In this document: piece by piece, positions 10,959-20,732 of the stretch
Numbering within the stretch: the first letter of the stretch is position 1
Layout: each line of letters begins with the position of its first letter
NCBI GenBank assembly: GCA_013239625.1
Contig: MU054391.1
Location: 5,973,824 to 6,037,823, forward strand
Direction: 5' to 3'
DNA: 64,000 nucleotides
Source of the DNA: Lama guanicoe
Taxonomy: Eukaryota
Notes under the pieces: model-generated
The model's database searches: none
The model's input: only the letters and a program-made list of their open reading frames with translations
Told to the model about the DNA's origin: nothing
Made by a program: the position numbers and the translations under genes

Positions 10959-12019
10959 TTAATCTCCTCTCCTTGTAAGGACACCAGTCGGATTGGATTA
11001 GGGTCCACCCGTATGATCTCATTCAACCTTAATTACTTCTGAGGGTTTGGGGGTTGGGACTTCAGCATATGAATTTTGGAGGGTTCCAATCAATCCATAC
11101 CACCGAGCTAGTTGTTAATTAAAGCCATTACTAAAAACTACATTACATAAACTTACAGTTGAATAAATTATATTAAATAGAAATAAGATAAATACTCAAG
11201 AAGGCTGTCTTCATGCTTCTCAGGCTATGACGGCTGCTGTATCTGGTTGGTGGAAATAACTATACAATGGCGTGTTACTGCATGTCTCTTTACAATTCCA
11301 TGACCAGTGACATCACTTTGGTAGCTCAGAATCAGCTTTGGTGGGAGTATTTACACTGTGGAAACTGATAAATGCTGCAACTCAGGGTCCCCTCCCAGAG
11401 GCTGGTTGTTACTTATATCAGCACACCACAGATGCAGGGTGCTAAGCGCTGAGGCAGAGGCCAGCCTGGGCCCTGTGGGGCCCAGAGGAGGATGCCAGGC
11501 CTGGGGGAGTCAGGAAAGGTTTCATGGACCAGGGGATGCTGAGCGGCACCTTGGAGTGTGTACGGGTTGGCCAGGTATGGAGGAGGAAGTGGTGACAAGG
11601 GTTTGCAAAGCCCCAAGGCAGGAGAGAGCACCTATATCTGGGGCTAGGGGGTGCTGGCAGGGGGTGGTGCATGAATCTCCTGGTGGGAGAGAAGAGAGGA
11701 ACCTCAGAGAGGGGTCAGGTGGGCCCTGGAGCACCAGGCTAAGGAGCTTCTGCTTGCCTGGGCAGTCCCGGGGAGCCGCCACAGGATGTGGAGCCAACCA
11801 GAGGGGGAGTGGCCAGGGTGGTGCTGATAGCTGGCTGTCAGTGCCTTTGTGGTTATGCCTGTGTGTGGAGTGTGGGTGCAGGGCCCTGTGATCTGCTTCC
11901 TTTGTGTCCTCTGCAGTTGGAAAGTTGTCCACGAACACTTGCTGAACGGCTGAATCATCCCATTCATTTTGAAATGTCTAACAGGGGACTCTGCCTTCCA
12001 CCTCCAATTAGAGGTAGAG

Positions 12020-12540
12020 CTGGAAATCATCTAAATGTTGAGCAGAAGGGGAATAGTTAAAATAAATTATGGGGTATCCATGAGGGAGGGTGTAGCTCAG
12101 TGGTAGAGCACGTGCTTAGCATGCCTATGGTCCTGCATTCAATACCCAGTGCCTCCATTAAAAAAAACCAAATAAATAAACCTAATTACCTCCCCTGCCC
12201 CCCAAAACCCCCCAAAACCAAAACAAAAGTTAGGCTATACTTTAAAAAAATTATGGGATATCCATACAGTGGAATACTAACTGGTCATTATAAATGGTAA
12301 GTATGAAAGCTCTGTAGCAATTTGGAAAGCTGCTTGGAGAGTAATGGGAAACGAAATAGCAGAACATAAAATGCTACGTATACTGTGGTCACAGTGATAT
12401 AGATGATACAGAAGTGCGTGTACATCTGGATAAAGATGGGCAGGATCACAGATGGAGAAATGAAATCAGTTGTCTCAGTGGTGGTAGTGAGAGAAGTTTT
12501 TCTTTCTGTTCTGTTTTTCTGTTTTAATTTTCTTGTCCTA
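12020..12540 (+). mobile_element. Old L1 (L1ME-like) 3' fragment interrupted by a SINE
   Basis: GGAAATCATCTAAATGTTG...AATAAATTATGG...ATCCATACAGTGGAATACTA continues across the SINE. Confidence 0.55.
12082..12247 (+). mobile_element. Vic-1-type SINE with 18-bp TSD
   Basis: GGGAGGGTGTAGCTCAGTGGTAGAGCACGTGCTTAGCATGC...AATAAATAAACCTAATTACCTCCCC. TSD AAATTATGGG(G/A)TATCCAT at 12064-12081 and 12248-12265. Confidence 0.93.
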
Positions 12541-13879
12541 AATATCGAAGAGCCCTTGCAGCAGCTAAGGGCAGTGCCTCCAGGCAGATGGCAGTTCTGG
12601 TCCTGGGAGGAGCTCAAGGCAGAGGGAACAGCCCTGGTGCCTGGAGGGCTGGGCCGAGACGGGAATGCCGGGCGCGTGGAGGCTGATGAGCTGGGGCTGT
12701 GTCATGCGGACGTCATGCCACTCTCCGGGCTGTGTTGGTGGCCCACGTGTGCACCCGCTCCTCGGCAGTGGCTTGGGATCTAGCTGGGAACCGGGAGCCT
12801 GTTGGTTCTGTCTAAAGTGTTGGTGGGAGGCAATTCTGAAGCCCTTTTCAGTTCGGAGAACTGAGCCCAGCCAAGTCTTACTCAGCTGTGTACAGGCCGT
12901 GCTCTGGGGCTCAGAGGGGTGAAGTCCGCAGACGGCAGAACCGGACTTCCGGTGGGGTGTTGGGCCTTCCATCCCCCCACCCCCACTGTGTCCCCCTTGG
13001 AGCTTCAGAGAGCTAGTGCCACTCAGCCATGCTCAGGGACACATGTCATGGACTGGGCTAGGATGATATCCCTTTGTTCATGTGGCCTCCCCAGGGAGAC
13101 TGTCAACCCCTCCTGTGCAGGACCCATCTCCCTCCCATCCCTGGTTGCTGCCAGCAGAGGCCTCTGCGCCCAGCAAATGGAGGGTAAATACTTGTGATGT
13201 TATTGAATGGAGGAAGCAGGTGTCTGCTGTCTGGTCTTGGAGTCAAGGGAGTTAAGGGTCCTGTGTTCCCAGGTCACATGAAGGAGGTGTGATTGGCTCC
13301 AGGGAGGGAGGGGTAGAGGGAGGGAGCAGTGGAAGAACCCGCTACATGTTCTTGGCAAGGACCGAGTGTGAAGGAGGGGAAGTTTGGGATGCCATTCCAG
13401 GACCGGAAGCTCAGCACAGGCGAGGCAGACATAACTGTTGGGAGGAAGGGTGAGATGTGAGGCTGGGAGGCCATTAATTCAAGCCCTACTATGTATCCTC
13501 TCTGCTCCAGGTGCTGGGGTGACAAGGAAGCAAAAGCAGATGAAGCCCAGGCCCTTATGGAGATTGTGTACTGGCGGGGAGACAGAAAACCAACCAACTC
13601 ACCGTTGTGCAGTAAGTCAGGTGCTCGGAAGGAAACAAAAGCAGGAGGAGGGGGCGGGGAAGGGCAGGTGCTCTTTCCCCAATGTGGACAGGGAAGGCTC
13701 TGTGAAGAACTGGGGGAGGAAGTGGGAGACAGACCACGTGGTTGATAGAGGAAAGCATGTTTCTGGCAGTGACAGTGCACGTGCAAATGCCCTGCGGCAG
13801 GAACCTCTGTGGTCAGCGCAGCATGAGGGGTAGGAGTCAGGGTCAGATCGGCGGGGTCTGTGTGTGTGCATGGAGGGTC

Positions 13880-14480
13880 TGGTGGGGCCTTGTAGGCCCA
13901 GGTAAAGAGTTTGGGCTTTGTTACAGTGGGATGTGAGCATGGGAAGTATGGGATCAGCCTTCCCATTTAAAAGGAGCACTCCTGTTTCTGTGTGTCAGGC
14001 ATCTGTTAGAATGTATCCATGGAAGCAAGAGACTCACTCAGAGGCTGTTGCAGCTGTCCAGGTGAGGTGATGGTGACTTGCACGAGGTGGGGGGAAGGGG
14101 GGAAGGGCAGTAGTGGAGTGACAGGCACGGCCAAGTTCTGCCTGGATTTTGAAGACAGAGCAGGTGAGATTGGCTCAGGGGTTGCATGTGGGTGTGAGAA
14201 GAGAGTCAGAGGAAGCTACCAGAGCAGGCCACCCGGGAGGGACACATAAGAGCCCTGTCCTGGGTACATCACCCTTGAGATGCCTGTGGAGGGTGCGCAA
14301 GCATGTGCCAGACCAGCAGGTGGGAATGTGGCACTAGAGTTCAGGGAAGAGGCCTAAACTAGAGATAGCAATGTGGAAGCCTTTGATAAGTAGATGAGAT
14401 TTGAAGTCATGGGGCAAGTGAACCCAGGAAGTGGGTGTAGACAAGGAGAGGGTAGAGGACTGCCCATGAGATGGGAAAAA
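13880..14480 (-). mobile_element. L2 fragment
   Basis: GGCCTTGTAGGCCCAGGTAAAGAGTTTGGGCTTT, GAGGCTGTTGCAGCTGTCCAGGTGAGG and GAGTTCAGGGAAGAGGCCTAAACTAGAGATA. Confidence 0.65.
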
Positions 14481-15329
14481 GAGGCGCTTCCAACAAAGGA
14501 GGAGGAGGGCCAGGTGGCCAGGGGAGGTGATGCAGGAGGTAGGAGGGTCTAGGAGGAGGTATGTTGGGGGCAGGAGGGGGGCCATGGGTGAAGGTGAGAG
14601 GGTGGAAGGATGGATCCGGTCCCGAGGGCAGAAGGATGGGGAGGCTGTGAACAGCTGAAGGCCTGCACCTGCTCCCTGGGCTATTTGTGGGTGCCCCCGA
14701 CTATTCCTGGGGGGCAGTCGAAAGTCTGTCCCCCCACCAGGGGCACCCCTTCCCCGACCTGGTCCTAGACCCAGCCCCTGCAGGTCCCACCAGCCTCTGC
14801 TGTTTGGTGTGTGGTCAGGATTGGCCCCATGGCCCATCAGGCCTGCCTGCAGCGGAGTGAACATGTGGGAACCTGGGGACAGCCACGCACTGCCCCAGAC
14901 CCTCGGCCGCTGGTTTGTTCTGGGTCTGAGAGTCCATGTTCCTGGGAAGCAGCTCAGTTGGGGCCTGAGTGCTTTTATTTGGGGAGAGGACAGAGGGAGG
15001 GTGCGCAGGGCAGCATTCCTGACCTGTCAAGCTGGCACTGCCAGAACACCAGGCAGGAGTGGGGGTGCGGGAGTTGGGCCCCCTGGAGGTTTCCCCGACC
15101 CTAGTCTAGGTTCCTTTATCTTTCTTGGGTCGTGTCCTTGGAAGGTGACATCCATGCCAGTGAGTCAGCCCACCTCTCCCCTGCCCCGCCCACCCAGCCC
15201 GCTGCAGTTACTGCCACCTTCTCTTGTCCCGTCTGGCCTCAGTTCCCTGCTGTCTGGCTTGCTTCCCACCTCACCCCTGACACTGTGTCTCCAAGACACC
15301 AGGACCTTTGCTTTCTCTTCCTTAACATT

Positions 15330-15520
15330 TATATGTTGCTCACCATGCACTATTCTAAGCATTGTACAGACTCATTCACTCCTCACAATATCCCTTTACA
15401 GGCAAGGGACTGGAGGCACAGAGAGGTTAAGTGACTCGCCCAAGGTCACACTGCCAGTAAGGGGAGGAGCCAGTATTTGAGCCTGGGGCAGCCTGGTTCC
15501 AGAGTCGCTCTGAGCTTTCA
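15330..15520 (-). mobile_element. MIR
   Basis: CACTATTCTAAGCATT...CCTCACAAT...GAGGCACAGAGAGGTTAAGTGACTCGCCCAAGGTCACAC. Confidence 0.75.
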
Positions 15521-15689
15521 CTGCTGTCATGCTGCCCCTTTATGTCCCCTTTGGTTCTCACCTGTGTCCTCTTGCCTCTGTGATCCCACACCCACCCCTC
15601 TGGGGGCTCCTTCTCGGTCCCCTTTGCCTTCTCCACCCCCACCACCCCCAGCCCCCTCCTCTGCCCTCTGCTTCTGCAGTTTTTTCCCT

Positions 15690-16566
15690 AGGGCCTCTGC
15701 ACACCTATCTGTGGAATCGAAACTCTCTCCTTAATACAGGTTTTAAGTTCCAGACCCAACATTCAACTAGACATCTCCCCTTGGGTGTCCCACCGACACT
15801 TCCCAAACTACACTCCCAAGATGCTCGCCATCTGCCAGTTCCTTGCTCCATGAACGGCTGGCCCAACTAAGCCAGAGGACCTGTTGTTCCTGGTGTGGCC
15901 AGGAGGGGGAGCTGCACACCCTCCCTTCTCCCTCACCCCCACCTAGTCAGCACCGTCGGGCAGATCCACTCCAAGGGGCTCCCAGGCAGCAACATCCCAG
16001 TGCAGATCACGGCCGTCTCACCTGGATTATGGCCTCACTCATGGTCAGGCTGCCCTTTTCCCCGTTGCCCTCCTCCTGTCTGTTCTCTGCACAGCATCCA
16101 GATGATCTTTTAGGAAGCACATCAGTTGATGTCACTGTCGCTACAGCCCTCAGGGTCCCCCTTGCCCTCACCCTGCAGGAGCCCAGGCACCTGCTGGCTT
16201 CACCAAGCCGCCCTGCCTGACCCTCACTGAGCCTTAGGGCTTCGCCAGCTGTGCCTGGATCTCACCAGCTTCTGCTTTTTCAGGGCTCAGCCTGGAGGTC
16301 GCTTTGCCATGGCGCTACCCAGACACATTGGTGCTGAATTAGGAGTCTGTGGCTTCCCTGTTCTGAGTGTTTATAATACAGGATTGTACCTGTCTGTCAC
16401 TTGTCTGACCTCCCCATCGCCCTAGGTAGTGAGCCCCTGAGGGCAGGGATGGGGCCTACTGTCCCCATGGTATCTTCAGCTGGCATGTGGCACTGACCTG
16501 GTACTCTGGATTCTCTCAAACACTTATTGAACGAATGCATGAGTGAGTGAATGAATGAATGAATGA
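15690..16566 (+). mobile_element. L2 3' region ending in a (GAAT)n tail
   Basis: GACATCTCCCCTTGGGTGTCCC...TGAGCCCCTGAGGGCAGGG...CTCAAACACTTATTGAACGAATGCATGAGTGAGTGAATGAATGAATGAATGA. Confidence 0.65.
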
Positions 16567-17395
16567 GGGAGTGAGGGACTGACCAGTGCCTCGGACACAG
16601 TAGCAGGGGGACCACCCTAGTGGGGATTACGGGAGGTAATGGTCGCGGAGGCGCCCGCCCCTGAGGGGCTGGACCCTTTCTTCCCTCTCCTCCCTCCCCC
16701 ATCTCCCCTAACCTGGTGCCGCCTGAATGTCATGGCCGCCCCTCCTGCTCCTTCCCAGAGCTTCCTGGAGACTGTCCTATGACCGGAGCTTTGGGCTTCT
16801 AGAGCCGAGAACCTGCACTGAGGCAGAATCCTCAGGACACGCGGCTCTTCCTTCCCCATGTGTCCCCAAGCTCTGGGCTGGGCTTGCTCCCTGGGTTCTT
16901 TAAAGGTCGGTAATGAGGTCTCACACCTACCTGTTAATGCGCCATTTCTTTCTTTTTCAGTTTTCTTTGGAACCTGCCCTTGTCCAGTTGTTCACCTGAT
17001 GTGGTGGGAAATGAGTTTTAGGAAGCTGTTGACAGTACCGTTTGGCATCCCTGTGCTTCTAGAGATTTCTGGGGCCTTGGGCTGGGGCTCCTGCTGCGGA
17101 CAGCTGCCTGCCTCCTCACGGCGGTCAGCTTGTGAGCCTGGCCACTTCCTCGCCCCAAACATGTGAGTGACCTTATGATCCTGGCCCTTCAGTGACCCCT
17201 AACAAGCTTCTCCGGTGTGTAGGCGGAATTCCTATTTTCAATAGCCAGGTTGTGGAGAAATTGTAGAGCTTCCACTTCCTTCTGAAAGGAAGACTTCCAG
17301 CAATATTTGTATCTTTGCTCCTGTAGAATCCAGGAAGTCGTCTTAGACCAGAGGAGGTCAGCAGGTGGAGTGCGGTCACCTAGGAGATGGTGCTG

Positions 17396-17403
17396 TGACG
17401 TCA
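17396..17403. promoter_or_regulatory. Palindromic CRE (TGACGTCA)
   Basis: Exact consensus with its CpG intact; function unknown. Confidence 0.3.
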
Positions 17404-18409
17404 TGTGTCACTCAGTCCCACCCTCAGACTGAATGCCCAGAGGGCTGGTCCGGCGGGGACATTCCTGGTCTAGTGGGGGTGGGGGTACGGGTGGGAAAAC
17501 AGGGGCCAGGTCTTGAGGAGCTTTTGATGCCACGCTGCGGGATCTGAACTCTGTCCCTAAACCCACTGAGTACTAGCTGGGGAGTGACACGATCAGATGT
17601 GCATTTCAGGAAGGTCAGGGGTCATGGATGAAAGCTGCGTCCTTTCAGTCTTTTGTTCGTCTCACCGAGGCCTGGTGTCCACCTCAGAGCCAGCACATCA
17701 CAACGCAGTGGTCGCTCTTACTGTGCCCGATACATGCCAGTGTTTTCTACTCTATTCTCTTTCTTTTGTTTTTCTGAAAGTGCTGTTTGCAACCATCCAC
17801 ATTGATTTCCTGTCTCCCTGAATGTTTTTGATCTGCAGTTTGAACAGCGCTGGATTGGAGAGGGGGAGGCGGGGGCAGGAGGCTGGGTGGAGACTACTGT
17901 CACAGTCCAGCGGGGGCGCGGGGCGGCCGGCTCAGGGCAGACAGGGTGAAGGGTCCACACCACAGGCTTTGGCTCCCAGGGCGTGCGCAGCACCTTGAAT
18001 CCCCAGGCTGAGCACATCCATCCTCCTCGGGAGATGAGGGGCAGCTCCCAAAACAACCAGATGGGGCTGGTTATTGTGCCTCGTTGGGGATCCAGAAGAT
18101 GTGGTTTCATAACTCAGACACACTGCGTGGTGTCTGAAAGTCATTTCATTAAATGTCGAGTGGAATCAAAATAGAAATTACATCTTTGGGACAAAGCCCG
18201 TTGAGCCAGGAGCCAGGCATTCTGAATTGGAACCAGAATAGTCTTCTGGAAGCTGAAACTGTGGATCCAAGGCAGCCCTGTCTACACGGCCAGCTTCTCT
18301 CCTCTGGCTCGCATCTAATCCCCAGACTTGGCAGGTGGTCCTGGAGCCCAGTCTGCTTGCAGGAGTCAGAGACAGCGGAGGGGAAAATGGTGACAACAGC
18401 TCACCGCGG

Positions 18410-18580
18410 CTCACACTCCTAGGTACCTGCGCTGTGCTAAATTGTCACGTGTATTATCTCTGATCCCCACGCATCATCTGGGAGGGACGCTTCTTGTGTT
18501 TGACAGCACTGAGGCTCAGGGAGGGCAAGGTATTGGCCTGAGGTCACACAGCTGGTAGAGGCAGCTGGGGTTTCAACTCC
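18410..18580 (-). mobile_element. MIR
   Basis: CTGTGCTAAATTG...CACTGAGGCTCAGGGAGG...TGGCCTGAGGTCACACAGCTGGTA. Confidence 0.65.
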
Positions 18581-18659
18581 CAGGCCCACCTTCTTTTCTG
18601 GGTCCTTAGTTGCCTCTCCCGGCTTGCTCTTGGTTTTTGCAACTAGATGGCCAAAATCG

Positions 18660-18750
18660 ATTAAATCTGAGTGTCTAGGGGAGGGACTTGGGCATGTTTA
18701 AATCTCCCTGGCAACCCTAATGTGCAGTGAGGGCTGGGGACCACGGCTCT
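18660..18750. mobile_element. MER5A-like DNA transposon fragment
   Basis: TTAAATCTGAGTGTCTAGGGG...TCTCCCTGGCAACCCTAATGTGCAGTGAGGGCTGGGGACCAC. Confidence 0.55.
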
Positions 18751-19069
18751 GGAAGGCGGGAAAGAGGTGTGAGTGGACTTTGTGTCCGCCCTGGGTCGCA
18801 GCCGGGTTGTCCATTCAGCAGGTGCGTGAGAAGGACCCTTTTCTGGGGTCCTGGAGCCCCTCCCCTGCCCCAGGTTTGTGCTCATTCCCCCCTCCCCGCC
18901 CCTGCCCCAGGTGGGCCAGGTTTGGCGGGCAGGAGAGCTGGGGGGGGGTAGGGGTGGAGCAGACCCCCGAGGTGCCTGGGAAGCCCAGAGGGGAAGGCGG
19001 GGAGGAGGAGGGGAGGGCAGCGCCAGGGCGTTGCTCCAGTGGAGGGGGGACATCCCTGGGCATTGCTTT

Positions 19070-20700
19070 TCTAATCCGTTACTTTTCACTTTTTTTCTCT
19101 GCTTATTTAAATATGTTTTAAGGTCATCAATTTTCCTTTGAGGACCATTTTAACTGAATCCCCTAGGATCTGGTATGCGGTGTTTTCATTCTTCTTCTTC
19201 TACATATTCTGCACTTGGGGTTTGGGCGTCTTTGACTCATGAGTTGGCAGGATTTTCTTCCCTCAAGGTGGTAGCCTTCCCCACCAGGTTTTGTCATAAA
19301 GTTTTCGTTTTATTGCACTGTGATTAGAAAATGGTTTACATTATTTCTGCTTTTTGGAATTTGAGATTTTCTCCTTTTTACTTTGGAGTGATTTTCTTTT
19401 TCTATTTTTCCTTAGCTTTATTGAGGTACTATTGACATATAATCTGTGCATATTTAATGTGTACTGTTTAATAAGTTTGGACATTTGCATACACCCCAAT
19501 CCAGCTACTGTCTCCATCACCCCCAGTTTCCTCACATCCTTTTTTAATTTCTCCCTTGGCTCTTCCTTACCCACACCCTGTCCCCATGCAGCCACTGACC
19601 TGCCCCCAGGCAGCCACTGACCTGCCTCCTGCCACTGTAGGTTAGTTTGCATTTTCTAGAAATTTATATAAATAAAACCTGATAGTATGATTTCTTTTTT
19701 GTCTGGCTTCTTTCACTTGCCATAATTATTTTGAAATTCACACAGTGGTGTTTCACCAGGGTTCATGCCTTTTTAGAGCTGTGTAGTATTCCATTGTGTG
19801 GACATACCACTGGTGTTTGTCCATTTACCTGTCAATGGACATTTAGGGTTTTCCATTTTGGGGCTATTATGACTAAAGCTGCTGTGAACATTCATGTAGA
19901 AGTTTTTAAAAATTAATTAATTAGTTAATTAGTAATTTTTACTGACGTATAGTCAGTTTACAATGTTGTGTCCATTTCTGGTGTACAGTATCATGTTTCA
20001 GTCATACATGTACATACATGTATTTGTTTTCATGCTCTTTTTCATTATAGCTTTCTACCATGTTGAAGTTTGAATGGACATATGTTTTCATTCCTCCTGG
20101 GCAAATAACCCAGATGCAGGATGATGGCTGGTGATGCAGTAAGTGTGTGTGTTTCACTTTTAAGAAACTGCAAAACTGTTTTCCAAAGTAACTGTCCCTT
20201 TTCCATGCCCATGAGCCCATGAGAGCAACGTGAGAGTGCTAGTTGCTTCTGTAGTGGCCGGTCTTTTTAATTTGATCCATCCAAAGTGGGGGTCAGGTGT
20301 ATCCCCCTACATTTCCCTAATGGCTGATGACATTGCGCATCTTTGCTAATTGTCTATTCAAATCACTTGTCGTATTAAGTTGTAAGGGTTCTTTCTATGT
20401 TCTAGATACAAGTCCTTTGTTAGATGTATGATTTGTGAATATTTTCTCCAGTCTGTGCCTTCCCTTTCCATTTTCTTCACAGTGTCTTGAAAAATCAAAG
20501 GTTTTTTAATTTTGGTGAAGTTGAACTTTTTTTTTTTATAGTTTGTGTTTTTGTATCTTGTATAAGAAATTCTCTCCAACTCTAAGATACAAGGATTTTC
20601 TCGTGTTTTCTTCTAGAAGCTTGGTGGTTTTAGCTCTTATCTTTGGGCCCATGATCTATTTTTTAGTTAATTTTTGTTTGTGATGTAAGGCAAGGGGCTT
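19070..20700 (-). mobile_element. Old L1 (L1MB/MC-like) 3' UTR and ORF2 3' remnants
   Basis: CTTTATTGAGGTAC, GTCTGGCTTCTTTCACTT, GTAGTATTCCATTGTGTGGACATACCAC and TAGATACAAGTCCTTTGTTAGAT are L1 antisense hallmarks. Confidence 0.8.
19906..20058 (-). mobile_element. Short younger L1 3'-end insertion nested in the older L1
   Basis: TGACGTATAGTCAGTTTACAATGTTGTG...GGTGTACAG is the same family as 50068-50490. TSD CATGT(A/T)GAAGTTT at 19893-19905 and 20059-20071. Confidence 0.8.
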
Positions 20701-20716
20701 GGGTTTTTGGGTTTTT

Positions 20717-20732
20717 TGTGTGTGTGTGTGTG
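20717..20732. repeat. (TG)8 microsatellite
   Basis: Read directly. Confidence 0.9.

Larger units (their letters stand above)
9780..11102 (-). mobile_element. MLT1A-like MaLR solo LTR, interrupted by a SINE and an L1
   Basis: TG...CA ends and a 5-bp TSD CTGAG (9775-9779)/CCGAG (11103-11107). Diagnostic segments AAGTCCAAGATCAGG, TAAGGACACCAGTCGGATTGGATTAGGGTCCACCC and GACTTCAGCATATGAATTTTG. Confidence 0.8.
9709..11432 (+). mobile_element. MER63-like hAT-Blackjack DNA transposon, split by an MLT1A insertion (own sequence ~9709-9779 and ~11103-11432)
   Basis: Left arm GAGCC...CAAGAGCCGGTCAGTGAATTGTCAGGAGGTTTCTGAG. Right arm GGTGGGAGTATTTACACTGTGGAAACTG...GGCTGGTTGTT...CAGCACACCAC. Confidence 0.6.

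Noticed and set aside
12084..12156. tRNA-Ala-like sequences as real tRNA genes
   Set aside because: They have SINE tails, TSDs and scattered mutations, so they are tRNA-derived SINEs. The recurring peptide YSSVVEHMLSMHEVL in the ORF track is just their translation.
16532..16566. (GAAT)n runs here and at ~24470-24500 as a functional repeat array
   Set aside because: These are the usual L2 3'-terminal microsatellite.
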